This document shows positions 29,172-40,194 of a stretch of DNA of 56,026 bases, one piece after another. The translations under genes were made by a program, and so were the position numbers. How positions within the stretch are numbered: position 1 is the first letter of the stretch; every line of letters starts with the position of its first letter. The notes under the pieces are model-generated. The model made no database searches, was not told the origin of the DNA, and saw only the letters and a program-made list of their open reading frames with translations. The stretch is from assembly GCA_016296945.1 (NCBI GenBank), contig JAEDHQ010000002.1, positions 1 to 56,026 on the forward strand, given 5' to 3'. The DNA is from Bacilli bacterium. Its GTDB lineage: Bacteria; Bacillota_I; Bacilli_A; ML615J-28; CAG-698.

Positions 29172-30557
29172 ATGGATACTTTATTAAGATTTTTTAAGAA
29201 ACACAATTTAGAATTTATTAATAAAACTTTTGTACTTGCTGTTTCAACGGGAATTGATTCATCAGTGCTATTAGATATGTTTATAAAATTTAGAAATGAG
29301 TTTAAGATAAATATTGTTATTGCACATGTTAATCATCATAGACGAGCACAATCAGAAATAGAAAAAGATTATATTATTAATTATGCGAAAGAAGAGAATA
29401 TTAAATGTGTAGTCAAAGACTTGTATTTTGAAAAAACAAATAATTTTCAAGAAGAAGCACGAAAGAGAAGATATATGTTTTTTGAAGAAGTCATAAAAGA
29501 AGTAAATGGTGATTATTTAGTTCTTGCTCACCATGCCACTGATAATACAGAAACTGTTTTGATGCGTATTCTTCGGGGTAGTTCTTTAAAAGGATATGCT
29601 GGAATTAATAGTTACAATAGCATCAATAAGAATGATTTAAAGTATCAAATTATTAGACCATTATTAGAATTAAGCCGCTCTCACATAAAGAAGTATCAAG
29701 AAGAGTATAATGTGAGATACTTTGATGATGAATCAAACTTTCATAATGATTATACAAGGAATCGGATTAGAAATAAAGTATTACCTGTATTAAGCAAGGA
29801 AACAAGTAATTTAGATCAAAAGATTTTAGAGTTCAGTAATACATTGTATCAAGCAAGTTTGATTATTGACAATAAAAGAGATGAAATCATTAGAAATAAA
29901 GTTATATTTGATGGAGATTTAATTAAATTTTCTCGTAGTGATTTCTATAAATTAGATAGTTTTATGCAGGAAGAAATATTGTTTGAATTATTAAAATGTT
30001 TTCAATTAAGTAAAGCAAATATTTTAGAATTGATCAAATTAATTTATAGTAAAAATAAGAATTATTATATTTGTTTTAAGAATTTATTTGGCTTCTCACT
30101 AAGTTATGATTTAGTCACTATAAATAAAAATGTAAATGAGAAAACTGAGGATAACTCATTAAAAGATTTTAGTTTAATTATTGATGATTTTGGGAAACAT
30201 ATAAATGAATCATATATTGTAAATGACACATTTAATATAAATGTAACTAAAATAGAGCAATTTGATATTACTAATTTATATCAAATGTGTTATAATATTG
30301 ATGATTTACCAATCACGATTCGCACAAGACGAGATGGAGATAGAATTAAGCTTAGTAATGGCTACAAAAAGGTTAATGATTTATTTATTGATTTAAAAAT
30401 AAGTAAAGAAGAACGAAATAATAAATTATTAGTTGTGGATAAAAATAATGAAATATTGATGATCTTTGGTCTTCGAAAAAGTGAAGTTTTAAAAAGTATT
30501 AAATTAAAGGAAGAAAACATTATAAAAATATCTTTAGAAGAAAATAGGAGAGTATAA
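29172..30557 (+). CDS. tilS: tRNA(Ile)-lysidine synthase
   Basis: PP-loop 'AVSTGIDSSVL' and 'AHHATDNTETVLM'. Part of tilS-hpt-ftsH synteny. Confidence 0.9.
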   Translation: MDTLLRFFKKHNLEFINKTFVLAVSTGIDSSVLLDMFIKFRNEFKINIVIAHVNHHRRAQSEIEKDYIINYAKEENIKCVVKDLYFEKTNNFQEEARKRRYMFFEEVIKEVNGDYLVLAHHATDNTETVLMRILRGSSLKGYAGINSYNSINKNDLKYQIIRPLLELSRSHIKKYQEEYNVRYFDDESNFHNDYTRNRIRNKVLPVLSKETSNLDQKILEFSNTLYQASLIIDNKRDEIIRNKVIFDGDLIKFSRSDFYKLDSFMQEEILFELLKCFQLSKANILELIKLIYSKNKNYYICFKNLFGFSLSYDLVTINKNVNEKTEDNSLKDFSLIIDDFGKHINESYIVNDTFNINVTKIEQFDITNLYQMCYNIDDLPITIRTRRDGDRIKLSNGYKKVNDLFIDLKISKEERNNKLLVVDKNNEILMIFGLRKSEVLKSIKLKEENIIKISLEENRRV

Positions 30558-30561
30558 AATT

Positions 30562-31101
30562 ATGGAAAACTTTATTGAAGAAGTTGTTTTATCAAATGAA
30601 GAAATCGTTAGAATATGTGAAAAAATAGGAAAACAAATTACAGAAGATTATCAAAATAAAAATCCATTATTAGTTGGTTTATTAAAAGGAAGTGTTCCTT
30701 TTATGGCAGAACTAATGAAACATATAAAATGCGATATGGAAATTGATTTTATGGAAGTATCTAGTTATGCAGGAGTAAATTCAACTGGTGCTGTTACAAT
30801 CTTAAAGGATGTAAAAGCAGATATTCGTGGTCGTGATATTATTTTAGTTGAAGATATCGTTGATACAGGATTAACAATTCAAGAAGTGATTAATTTTTTA
30901 GGCAGTCGTGGTGCACGCAGTATCGAAATTGCAACACTACTTGATAAACCAGCTGGACGTACTGTGAAGTGTCAAATTCCTAAATATATTGGTTTGGAAA
31001 TTGAACCAAAATTCGTTGTTGGATTTGGTTTGGATTATAATCAAAAATATCGTAATTTACCATATGTGGGCGTTTTAAAACGTTGGGTTTATGAAAAATA
31101 A
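30562..31101 (+). CDS. hpt: Hypoxanthine phosphoribosyltransferase
   Basis: PRPP-binding 'ILVEDIVDTGLT' and 'LLKGS.PF'. Confidence 0.93.
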   Translation: MENFIEEVVLSNEEIVRICEKIGKQITEDYQNKNPLLVGLLKGSVPFMAELMKHIKCDMEIDFMEVSSYAGVNSTGAVTILKDVKADIRGRDIILVEDIVDTGLTIQEVINFLGSRGARSIEIATLLDKPAGRTVKCQIPKYIGLEIEPKFVVGFGLDYNQKYRNLPYVGVLKRWVYEK

Positions 31102-31121
31102 GATAGAGGTGTAGAATTAGA

Positions 31122-33155
31122 ATGAATAACAATCAAAACAAAAATAAAAAACCAATTCAAAAGAAGTCATATCTTGGTTTAATAGTAATTTCTATTATCT
31201 TATTCATTGGTGTTTGGGTATTTATTAGCCAATACGTTAGCCAAGCAGATGAATTGACAAGCCAAGATTTTTGGACTTATTTAGATAATAACCAAATTGA
31301 ATCAATGAAGGTTCAACCTGCTGGTGGAAATAATTCTGATGATTATGTTATTAGCGGTAAGTATATTGATGAAAATGGTAATGTTAGAAAGTATGAAATT
31401 ATTTATCCAAAGAACATTATTGATGAAAAGATCTTTGATCCAGAAGGTGATTACCACCATTTAGTAAAAACTAATGTGGTAAGATTAGTAACTATTAATT
31501 GGTTAGATATAATATTAATTGTTGGCCCAATCATCTTATTAGTAATTGGATTAGTTTTTATTTTTAAAAATGCTGGTAACTCAAATAAACAAGCATTTGA
31601 TTTTGCAAAGAACCGTGCTCGTTTAAGTCGTCGTACAGATAAGACATTTAATGATGTTGCTGGTTGTGAAGAGGAAAAAGAAGAACTTGTAGAAATAATT
31701 GATTTCTTAAAGAATCCAAGAAAATACCAAGAAATTGGGGCAAGAATTCCAAAAGGTGTTTTACTAGTAGGGCCTCCAGGAACAGGAAAGACTTTACTTG
31801 CGAAAGCTGTTGCTGGGGAAGCAAAAGTTCCATTCTATTCAATTTCCGGTAGTGACTTTGTAGAAATGTTTGTTGGTGTTGGTGCTAGTCGTGTTCGTGA
31901 TATGTTTAAGACAGCTAAACAAAATGCTCCATGTATTGTTTTTATCGATGAAATCGATGCGGTTGGTCGTCAACGTGGTGCTGGTTTAGGTGGTGGTCAT
32001 GATGAACGTGAACAAACATTAAACCAATTACTAGTTGAAATGGATGGTTTTGCCGAAAACAGTGGTGTTATTGTTATGGCTGCTACAAACCGTGTTGATA
32101 TTTTAGACCCTGCATTGTTACGTCCAGGTCGTTTTGACCGTCATATTCGTATCAGTAATCCTGATGTTAATGGACGTACTGCAATCTTAAAAGTACATGC
32201 TCGTAATAAGAAATTATCACCAAAGATTAATTTAGAAGATATTTCTCGCCGTACTCCTGGATTTAGTGGTGCTGATTTAGAAAACTTACTTAATGAAGCA
32301 GCATTATTAGCAGCTAGAGAAAATCGCCGTGAGATTAAGATTTATGATATCGATGAAGCAATTGACCGTGTAATGATGGGACCTGCTAAGAAGAGTAGAA
32401 AATATACTGAACAAGAAAAAGAAATGGTTTCATATCATGAAGCAGGACATGCTGTCATTGGTGTAATTTTCAAAAATGCGCAAACAGTTCAAAAAGTTAC
32501 TATTGTCCCACGTGGTGATGCTGGTGGTTACACAATGATGACTCCAGATGAAGAATTATACAACTACACAAAACAAGCATTAAAAGAGACTATTACTGGT
32601 TTACTTGGTGGTAGAGTAGCTGAAGAAATTATGACTAGCGATATTACTACTGGTGCATATGATGATATCAAACGCGCAACAAAAATTGCTCGTGCAATGG
32701 TAGCAGAATATGGTATGAGTGATTTAGGACCAGTTCAATATGAAGAAGGAAATCATTCAATCTTCTTAGGTCGTGACTATATGAACGAAAAGAATTTCTC
32801 TGATCAAGTTGCATTAGAAATCGACCGTGAAGTTCGTCGCATCATTGATGAATGTTATAATGAAGCTCACCGTGTTTTAGAAGAAAATAAAGAATTATTA
32901 GAAAATATTGCAAAACACTTACGTGAAATCGAAACACTTACAAAAGAAGACATTTACGAAATTGTTAATACTGGTAAGTTAGAATGGTGGGAAAAGAAGA
33001 AAGCAAAAGAAGAAGCTAAGAACATTGCTTTAGAAAAAGAAAAAGAATTACAAGAAATTTATCAAAAACAATTAGAAGCAATGAAAGAAGCTCGTTCTCA
33101 AAAAGAAAATTCGACAGATGATAATAAAGACAATAAAGAAGGTAATGATCAATAA
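31122..33155 (+). CDS. ftsH: ATP-dependent zinc metalloprotease FtsH
   Basis: Two TM helices, AAA+ 'GPPGTGKT', '[20 protein letters not shown]' and zinc site 'HEAGHA'. Confidence 0.98.
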   Translation: MNNNQNKNKKPIQKKSYLGLIVISIILFIGVWVFISQYVSQADELTSQDFWTYLDNNQIESMKVQPAGGNNSDDYVISGKYIDENGNVRKYEIIYPKNIIDEKIFDPEGDYHHLVKTNVVRLVTINWLDIILIVGPIILLVIGLVFIFKNAGNSNKQAFDFAKNRARLSRRTDKTFNDVAGCEEEKEELVEIIDFLKNPRKYQEIGARIPKGVLLVGPPGTGKTLLAKAVAGEAKVPFYSISGSDFVEMFVGVGASRVRDMFKTAKQNAPCIVFIDEIDAVGRQRGAGLGGGHDEREQTLNQLLVEMDGFAENSGVIVMAATNRVDILDPALLRPGRFDRHIRISNPDVNGRTAILKVHARNKKLSPKINLEDISRRTPGFSGADLENLLNEAALLAARENRREIKIYDIDEAIDRVMMGPAKKSRKYTEQEKEMVSYHEAGHAVIGVIFKNAQTVQKVTIVPRGDAGGYTMMTPDEELYNYTKQALKETITGLLGGRVAEEIMTSDITTGAYDDIKRATKIARAMVAEYGMSDLGPVQYEEGNHSIFLGRDYMNEKNFSDQVALEIDREVRRIIDECYNEAHRVLEENKELLENIAKHLREIETLTKEDIYEIVNTGKLEWWEKKKAKEEAKNIALEKEKELQEIYQKQLEAMKEARSQKENSTDDNKDNKEGNDQ

Positions 33156-33418
33156 TGCGCGTTGATAAATTTTTGAAAGTATCACGACTTATTAAAAGAA
33201 GAAGTGTTGCCAAGGAAGCATCTGTTGATGCAAAGATCATTGTCAATGGAAAAATTGCAAAACCAAGTACTGATCTAAAAGTAGGCGATATTATTGAAAT
33301 TAATTATTATCGTAGTATTTTAAAAGTAAGAGTAAAAGCAATGCTTAATTCTTCAAAAAAAGATGATGCTTTAGAAATGTATGATATTCTAGAAGTTATC
33401 GAAAAAAATAACGAATAA
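33155..33418 (+). CDS. yabO: RNA-binding S4-domain protein YabO
   Basis: '[21 protein letters not shown]' is near-identical in pattern to Bacillus YabO. The start overlaps the ftsH stop. Confidence 0.9.
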   Translation: MRVDKFLKVSRLIKRRSVAKEASVDAKIIVNGKIAKPSTDLKVGDIIEINYYRSILKVRVKAMLNSSKKDDALEMYDILEVIEKNNE

Positions 33419-33426
33419 AAAAAGCT

Positions 33427-33457
33427 AAAGATTCTAGATGATTCTAGAATCTTTTTT
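33427..33457 (+). terminator. Terminator after yabO
   Basis: 11-bp stem aaagattctag/ctagaatcttt with a 6-nt loop, then a T-run. Confidence 0.8.
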
Positions 33458-33602
33458 GCATTAGTGTAATGAGTTTATAAAAGATTAATGCAGATTATAA
33501 ATATATATTATATTTTTTGATATTATATTACTTAACAAAATATAAATAATATGATAAAATAATAAAAAATATGAATTAATAAAAAAAATGTGAGGTATTA
33601 AA

Positions 33603-34901
33603 ATGAGTGGAAACAAAGAATTAAAAATTGCAATTATTGGTGCTGGTAGTACATATACTCCAGAATTAATAGAAGGGATAATTAATAAGCACCAAACTCT
33701 TCCAGTTAGAAAATTATATCTAATGGATATTGAAGAAAGAAAGTTAAATATCGTTGGTGGCTTATGTAAACGAATGGTTGAACACGCAAAGATTAATTGT
33801 GAAGTTATTTTATCTACTGATTTAGATGAGTCAATAACAGGAGCTAGTTTTGTATGTGCACAAATTCGTGTTGGTAAACTTCCTGCTCGTGTTCTTGATG
33901 AAAAGATTCCTCTTAAATATGATTTAATAGGTCAAGAAACAAATGGAATTGGTGGTTTCTTTAAAGGAATGCGTACGATTCCTGCAATTATGAATATAGT
34001 TCATCGTATGGAAATATTATGTCCTGATGCATGGTTAATTAATTTTAGTAATCCTTCGGGAATGATTGCGGAAGCAGTATTAAATAATAGTAAAATTAAA
34101 ATGATGGGATTATGTAATGTTCCAATTAATACAATTGATGGATTAAAGAAAAAAATGGATTTACCTAATGCGGAAGTTGAATATGTAGGCTTAAATCACT
34201 TAGCATGGATTACATCAATTCGTCAAGATGGTATTGATTATTTACAAAAAGCAATTGATGAAGGAGTAAATGGTGCCGTAATGCAAAATATCCCACAAAC
34301 TTCTTTCTCTCATGATTTAATTAAGTCAATTGGGGCTATTCCAACATCATATTTAATTTATTACTATTTCCGTGATGCTCAACTAAAAAAAGCTAAGGAA
34401 GCTGAAAAGTGCCGTGGTGAATTATGTATGGAAATTGAAGAACAATTATTAGAAATCTATTCTAATAGTGAAGTCAATACTAAACCTGAATTATTAAGTA
34501 AGCGCGGTGGAGCTCGTTATAGCGAAGTTGCTATTAATCTGATTGACTCAATTTATAATGATACAAATGATATTCAAGTCGTTAATGTCTTAAACAATGG
34601 GGCAATTCCATTTATGGCTGATAATGATGCTGTTGAAGTTTGTGCTCGTATTGGTCGTGACGGGGCTAAAGTTATTAAAACAAATTGTAACAATGAACAT
34701 ATCAAAGATTATATGTTAATGATGAAAGCATATGAAAAGCATGCAGTTAATGCTGCATTAACTGGCAATGAAGATGAAGCAATTAGAGCATTATTGATTA
34801 ATCCATTAGTTGGGGATTATAATAAATTAAAACCAGCTTACGATGAATTAAAAGAAGCTCATAAAGCATTTCTTCCTCAATTCTTTAAGGATGTAAAATA
34901 A
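33603..34901 (+). CDS. 6-phospho-beta-glucosidase, glycoside hydrolase family 4 (LicH/CelF-like)
   Basis: 'IIGAGSTYTPEL', 'PLKYDLIGQETNGIGGFFKGMRTIP' and 'INFSNPSG' match GH4 LicH/CelF. Confidence 0.88.
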   Translation: MSGNKELKIAIIGAGSTYTPELIEGIINKHQTLPVRKLYLMDIEERKLNIVGGLCKRMVEHAKINCEVILSTDLDESITGASFVCAQIRVGKLPARVLDEKIPLKYDLIGQETNGIGGFFKGMRTIPAIMNIVHRMEILCPDAWLINFSNPSGMIAEAVLNNSKIKMMGLCNVPINTIDGLKKKMDLPNAEVEYVGLNHLAWITSIRQDGIDYLQKAIDEGVNGAVMQNIPQTSFSHDLIKSIGAIPTSYLIYYYFRDAQLKKAKEAEKCRGELCMEIEEQLLEIYSNSEVNTKPELLSKRGGARYSEVAINLIDSIYNDTNDIQVVNVLNNGAIPFMADNDAVEVCARIGRDGAKVIKTNCNNEHIKDYMLMMKAYEKHAVNAALTGNEDEAIRALLINPLVGDYNKLKPAYDELKEAHKAFLPQFFKDVK

Positions 34902-34902
34902 G

Positions 34903-35919
34903 ATGGATAAAAAATATATCTTAGGCGTTGATGGCGGAAATACAAAAACTGATTATTTTTTGTTTACTAATGATGGAGAATTTATTGATTTTTATCGTGA
35001 TGGAACTTGTAGTCATGAGAGATTAAGTGATAGCTTTGACGGAAGTTTCCGTGTCATGAGCAAAGCTATTATGAAAATATTAGAAAAAAATAATTTAACA
35101 GTACCTGATATTTGCGCCGCAGTTTTTGGCTTAGCAGGTGTTGATACTCCATATCAAAAACAAAAACTTGAAGAAGTAGTTACAAAAATAGGTTTCCAAA
35201 ACTTTCGTGTTGTCAATGATTCATTTTTAGGAATCAAAGCAGTCAGTGAATTTGGTGTTTGTTCGATTTGTGGAACAGGAACTTCAGCTGGAGGAATTGA
35301 TTTAAAAGGTAATTATTTACAAGTAGGAGGAATAGGCGCAATCGTTGGAGATGAGGCTGGTGGAAGTTGGTTAGCTCGTCGCGCAATTAGACAAACATTT
35401 GATGCCTTATATCGATTTGATCAAAAATCATTGATTAATCAAATTGTTTTAGATGAATTGCAAGTAAACGATAAATATTATTTGATGGAAGCGATAAGTG
35501 AACGTTTAGGTAAAAGATTAGTTGATCTAACAAAAATCACTAAAGCTGTTTTTGAATGTGCTAATCAAGGTGACCAAGTTTGTATTGATTTATTAAAAGA
35601 AATGGCGAATAATTTAGCAAGAAGCGCTGGTGGTTGTGTTAGTAATTTAGAACTAGGAGACCATCCATTAGTTGTTCTTGCGGGAAGTGTTTGGGTTAAA
35701 GGAAGTAATCCTACTTTAGTGAATGAGTTTAAGAAACTAATAAATCAATATACACAAAAAGAGTGTAATGTTATAATATTGACAGTGCCACCGGCTACAG
35801 GAGCTATTATTTGGGCTTTAGAATTAGCAAGTGGATCTTGGCCATGTGATGATTTAAGAAACAAAGTTACAAATGCAGTTATTGAAAAATTAAGTAGTAT
35901 AGAAGGTAACAAATGCTAA
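34903..35919 (+). CDS. BadF/BadG/BcrA/BcrD-type ATPase, N-acetylglucosamine-kinase-like
   Basis: 'LGVDGGNTKTD' phosphate-1 motif and 'CGTGTSAGG'. Adjacent to the GH4 gene. Confidence 0.75.
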   Translation: MDKKYILGVDGGNTKTDYFLFTNDGEFIDFYRDGTCSHERLSDSFDGSFRVMSKAIMKILEKNNLTVPDICAAVFGLAGVDTPYQKQKLEEVVTKIGFQNFRVVNDSFLGIKAVSEFGVCSICGTGTSAGGIDLKGNYLQVGGIGAIVGDEAGGSWLARRAIRQTFDALYRFDQKSLINQIVLDELQVNDKYYLMEAISERLGKRLVDLTKITKAVFECANQGDQVCIDLLKEMANNLARSAGGCVSNLELGDHPLVVLAGSVWVKGSNPTLVNEFKKLINQYTQKECNVIILTVPPATGAIIWALELASGSWPCDDLRNKVTNAVIEKLSSIEGNKC

Positions 35920-36482
35920 TATTAGGCTCAAAATCTCCACGTCGGAAAGAGATCTTATCATTAGTCGGCATTGATTTTAAAGTTATTATCAAAGAGGTAG
36001 AAGAAGATATTGTTTGTGATAATTATCTAGATTATCCTAAACTTACAGCCATTAAAAAAGCAATGGCCCTTATAGACGAAGTAAACCCCGATGATATTAT
36101 TTTATGCTGTGATACTATTGTTCATATTGGAAATGAAATTTTAGGAAAACCACACAATAAAGAAGAGGCATTTCAAATGATCAAGAATATTAGTGGTAAT
36201 ACTCATGAAGTAGTCACAGGAGTATTTTTAGGTAACAAAGAAGAGCAAGTGACTTATAGTGTTTTAACTAAAGTAACTGTATCTACATTAACTGATCAAG
36301 AAATTATAGATTACATTAACACATCTGAACCATATGATAAAGCAGGAGGATATGCAATTCAAGGTTTATTTGGAAAATATATTGAAAAAATTGATGGCGA
36401 TTACTATAATGTTGTTGGCTTGCCAATTAGTTCTATATATAAGCATTTAAAGTTACTCAAAAATTATAAGGATAAAAAATGA
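35913..36482 (+). CDS. maf: Maf-like nucleoside triphosphate pyrophosphatase
   Basis: 'ILGSKSPRRKEIL', 'DKAGGYAIQG' and 'NVVGLP'. Confidence 0.92.
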   Translation: MLILGSKSPRRKEILSLVGIDFKVIIKEVEEDIVCDNYLDYPKLTAIKKAMALIDEVNPDDIILCCDTIVHIGNEILGKPHNKEEAFQMIKNISGNTHEVVTGVFLGNKEEQVTYSVLTKVTVSTLTDQEIIDYINTSEPYDKAGGYAIQGLFGKYIEKIDGDYYNVVGLPISSIYKHLKLLKNYKDKK

Positions 36483-36832
36483 GGCATTTAGGAAATATTA
36501 TTTGGATTTTGTTTTTTGGTTTGTGGAGTTCTTTCTGCTATTTTCTTGTAGGTTTATTTCTATGTATAACGATTATCGGCATACCCTTTGGAAAACAATG
36601 TTTTAAAATAGGAACTTTAGTTTTAGCTCCATTCGGTAGAGATATCCGAATTGATTTTGCCAGTCATCCTTTTGCAAATATCATTTGGCTTTTTACTGTG
36701 GGAACTGGAATGGGCGTATCATATTTAGTTGCGGGAGCAATTTGTTGTCTTACAATTATTGGAATTCCCTTTGGAAAACAATGTTTTAAATTAGCACAAA
36801 TTTCTTTAATTCCTTTTGGAGCAACTTTTTAA
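36479..36832 (+). CDS. yccF: YccF-domain inner membrane protein
   Basis: Duplicated 'ITIIGIPFGKQCFK' YccF repeats. Confidence 0.9.
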   Translation: MRHLGNIIWILFFGLWSSFCYFLVGLFLCITIIGIPFGKQCFKIGTLVLAPFGRDIRIDFASHPFANIIWLFTVGTGMGVSYLVAGAICCLTIIGIPFGKQCFKLAQISLIPFGATF

Positions 36833-36841
36833 AAATTAAAA

Positions 36842-36898
36842 ATAAAAACGATATTAAATTTAAGTTTGTAATAAAACTTAATCTAATATCGTTTTTTT
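36842..36898. terminator. Bidirectional terminator between convergent yccF and the M42 peptidase gene
   Basis: Long hairpin cgatatta...taatatcg with an inner stem taagttt/aaactta, flanked by an A-run and a T-run. Confidence 0.8.
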
Positions 36899-36903
36899 AA
36901 TTT

Positions 36904-37938
36904 TTAATTTAAGACATATGCTTTAACTAATTCAAATGTGTTAATAATTCCTTTAATATGTGTGCGTTCCATGCCATGAGATGCAGCAACGCCGCTACCA
37001 ATTAAAGCACCACGAATATTGTTTCCAGCTTTTAAAGCTGTTGTTACATCACTTGAATAATATGGGAAGACATCAACTGCAAAATCTAATTTTTTTTCTT
37101 TCGCAAGATTGATTAGTTTTGTGTTCATTTCATAATTATATGGTCCCCCACTATCTTTTGCACAAATTGATACTTTTTCTTCACTACCATCTAAAGTAAG
37201 ACCAACACAGCCCATATCAACAGCTAATAATTCACTAACTTCTGGGATATTACTTGCACCAAAACCGATTTCTTCATAAACAGATAAAATTATCTTTAAT
37301 GTTTTTTTAGGAGTAAGGTTATTTTCTTTTAAATAATCAATTAGTCCGAATAAAATTCCAACAGATAGTTTATCATCTAAGAATCTTGATTTTAAATAAC
37401 CACTTTCTGTAAAAACTGTTTTTGGATCAAGTGAAATGTAATCACCATTATAGATTCCTAAATCCAATACTTCTTGTTTATTATGAACCATTTCATCTAA
37501 ACGAATATGCATATGACTTGTATCGCGAGGAAGAGTTGAGGAATCAGGATATACATGAACTGCAGGTGAATCAGATAAAAATGTTCCTTGATACACCTTA
37601 CCATCTCTAGTGTGAACTAAGCAATATTCACCATCATAAGTTGCTAAAACAGGTCCACCAATACGGTCAAAACGAAGTGTTCCATTGCTATTAATACTAC
37701 TAACAATCGCTCCTAGAGTATCAACATGAGCAGCTAAACCTAATTTTTCTTCGCTTTCACCTTTAATAGTGATTACAAAAGCTCCACTATTTAAAACTTC
37801 ATAATTTAAATTTCTTTTTTCAGATTCTTTCTTTAAAAATTCAATTGCTTTGTGAGTAAAGCCACTAGGACTAGGCACTTCTAAAATTTTCTTTGTAAAT
37901 TCAATAATATTTAAATATTCTTTATTTATTTTTTGCAT
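36904..37938 (-). CDS. M42 family metallopeptidase (glutamyl aminopeptidase/FrvX-like)
   Basis: 'GLAAHVDTLG', 'RFLDDKLSV', 'VYEEIGFGAS' and 'ASHGMERTH', typical of M42. Confidence 0.85.
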   Translation of the reverse strand: MQKINKEYLNIIEFTKKILEVPSPSGFTHKAIEFLKKESEKRNLNYEVLNSGAFVITIKGESEEKLGLAAHVDTLGAIVSSINSNGTLRFDRIGGPVLATYDGEYCLVHTRDGKVYQGTFLSDSPAVHVYPDSSTLPRDTSHMHIRLDEMVHNKQEVLDLGIYNGDYISLDPKTVFTESGYLKSRFLDDKLSVGILFGLIDYLKENNLTPKKTLKIILSVYEEIGFGASNIPEVSELLAVDMGCVGLTLDGSEEKVSICAKDSGGPYNYEMNTKLINLAKEKKLDFAVDVFPYYSSDVTTALKAGNNIRGALIGSGVAASHGMERTHIKGIINTFELVKAYVLN

Positions 37939-38809
37939 CTTGTTTCTCCTTTATTTTTGCTAATGCCAATACTTCTTCCTTAGAAAATGTGTAATGATTA
38001 TTACAATAATGACATACTACTTCTAAATCTTTATCAAGACTTGCTTCTTCATATAAATCTTCTTTTGATAATGTTAATAAACCAGAAACAAATCTTTCTT
38101 TTGAACAAGGACATTTAAATTCTACAGGTGTTTTCTCTAATACCTTGTAATCATTATTAAAGAATAATTTTAAGATTTCTTCTAAATCATCATGCTCTTT
38201 TAGTAATTTTGAGAATTCAATTTTTGATTGAAGTTTTTCTTCTAAATAAGAAATTGTTTCTTCACTAGCATTTGGAAGTAATTGGATTAAAATTCCCCCA
38301 CAAATACTACAAGTATTATCGCAATCAAATTCTGAACCTAAAAGAATTGCGGAAGGAGTTTGCTCTGATTTCGCAAAATAATATGTGAAATCTTTTGCTA
38401 AGTCACCCGTATTAATCTCAATAGATGATGTGAATAAATTATCTAATTTCAAATCTTTAATAACATCAATGTAACCATTATATCCTAATGTAGTTACTTC
38501 ATCTAAACCATTGCGATTTGTAAAATTAACATGTGGATTTTGCACATAACCACGAACATGACCATAACTATCAGCATCAGCACAAACATAACCAATTGGG
38601 CCATTGCCATTTAGTTTGATAGTAACTGCTTCTTCTAGTTTTAAAGTACCACCAATCATTAAAGCAATTGTCATGGTTTTTCCTAAGACACTTGCTGCAC
38701 TTGGCCAAATATCGTGACGTTTTAATGCTTCATTAGTTGTGTCAGTACTTCTAACAACATAAACTTTAATTTCATCATTTAAAGCTATTGCTTTATATAA
38801 ATAATCCAT
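37922..38809 (-). CDS. hslO: Redox-regulated chaperone Hsp33
   Basis: Hsp33 fold with a C-terminal zinc centre 'CPCS...CHYC'. Confidence 0.93.
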   Translation of the reverse strand: MDYLYKAIALNDEIKVYVVRSTDTTNEALKRHDIWPSAASVLGKTMTIALMIGGTLKLEEAVTIKLNGNGPIGYVCADADSYGHVRGYVQNPHVNFTNRNGLDEVTTLGYNGYIDVIKDLKLDNLFTSSIEINTGDLAKDFTYYFAKSEQTPSAILLGSEFDCDNTCSICGGILIQLLPNASEETISYLEEKLQSKIEFSKLLKEHDDLEEILKLFFNNDYKVLEKTPVEFKCPCSKERFVSGLLTLSKEDLYEEASLDKDLEVVCHYCNNHYTFSKEEVLALAKIKEKQDAKNK

Positions 38810-38894
38810 ATAACACTCCTATATATCTATAAATTTTTATTGTATATATTTTAATATAAATCAAAAGAAATTTCAATATTAATAAGGCAAACAA

Positions 38895-38919
38895 ATAAAA
38901 AAGGTAGGAAACCCTACCT
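38895..38919 (-). terminator. Terminator after the M28 peptidase (pseudo)gene
   Basis: 7-bp stem aggtagg/cctacct with a 4-nt loop, and an A-run on the plus strand (a U-run on the minus strand). Confidence 0.75.
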
Positions 38920-38921
38920 GA

Positions 38922-39886
38922 TTACAGATGATGATTAATTGATAAAAAGATATCACGCAATAAAAAGATATTATCTTCATCAAATATAATATCACGATAT
39001 GTGTGAATTCTTCCTAAATATAAACCAAGAGTTTTATTTTTATTAAATGCACCTACACCAATAAAGTTAGCAAACTTTTTATGATCTGATGGGAAAATTG
39101 CTTTTTTATGTGATTCTACAATAAGTTGTTTCTTACCCTTGTTTTGATATTTAGTGATGCTATCAATTAGGTTACAATCAATATTTTTATGAATGAATAA
39201 TAAATTATCACCATCACTAACACAATCAAAATTAATAATATACTTATTATTAATTCCATCGTTTTGGTGTTGTTTATAAAATGCTTTTGAGCCAAGCAAT
39301 CCTTTTTCTTCATTGTCAAATAAAATAAAACAAAATTGATCAGCTAATTCAAAAGGAACCTTTTTAATCATTTCAATAATTGTAATAACTCCACTTGTAT
39401 TATCATTATAATTGTTTTTATTTGGAATGCCATAAAGCATCATATATATAATTAAGAATAAAGATCCTAATAAACCTACTTCATATCCTAATAAACCTAA
39501 TCCATAGGGTTCTAAAAGATATTTTAGTAAGAACCCCATAAATAATGCCGGAACAACTAAAAGCAAACCGATTAAGATTTGAATAAATAAAAAGAAAACA
39601 ATATTTTTGGAGTAATAAAATTAGGAAGAAAACCTAAGGAAGCACATGTATCATAATGGGCTGTATAAATGTATTTCGCATTATGATAATTGCCAATAAT
39701 AATATTGCGATTTGTTTCTTTATTATTATACTTTTCAATAGAAACTGAAAAATTTGTATCTTTTAATTCTTTTTTAATAAATTCGATAAAATCACTTTTT
39801 TGCTTTAATGATTTTCTGACCATAAAATTATTTAAAATCGCTTTTGATGTTTGTGTTAAATTGCTAGTCTTTTGAACTTCTTTCAT
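38922..39886 (-). pseudogene. M28 family peptidase split by a 1-nt frameshift in an A5 run
   Basis: The N-fragment (39886-39572) starts at 'MKEVQK' with an AAGGAG Shine-Dalgarno and carries 'AHYDT'. The C-fragment has no ATG (the track start is a TTG) and carries 'DNEEKGLLGS'. One extra A in the A5 run at 39604-39608 joins '...NFITPK' to 'NIVFFLFIQILIGLLLVV...'. Confidence 0.75.
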
Positions 39887-40003
39887 AGTTAGTCTCCTTA
39901 GAAGAATATAATATAATTTTGATAGAATAATTATACTACTTAAGAACAAAAAAACAATATTTTTTTGATAGTACATACATTCAGTTTTAAAGCGCTTATA
40001 AAA

Positions 40004-40032
40004 TAAAAAATGGTTCCTTTCGGAACTACCAT
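40004..40032 (-). terminator. Terminator after the tRNA operon
   Basis: The GGTTCC/GGAAC hairpin with a TTTC loop is followed on the minus strand by a U-run. Confidence 0.7.
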
Positions 40033-40109
40033 TAGGTCATCTAGACCACTATATATATTGTCAAATAATAAAAGTTTACCTTAAACTTTATTATTTGTTA
40101 TTTTAAAGA

Positions 40110-40185
40110 TGGCAGGGCTTACTAGATTCGAACTAGTGAAATGACGGAGTCAAAGTCCGTTGCCTTACCGCTTGGCTAAAGCCCT
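40110..40185 (-). tRNA. tRNA-Gln (anticodon UUG)
   Basis: The reverse complement folds as a cloverleaf: acceptor AGGGCTT/AAGCCCT, anticodon arm ACGGA-CTTTGAC-TCCGT, T-loop GTTCGAATC and an encoded CCA. Confidence 0.9.
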
Positions 40186-40194
40186 ATAAAAGAA

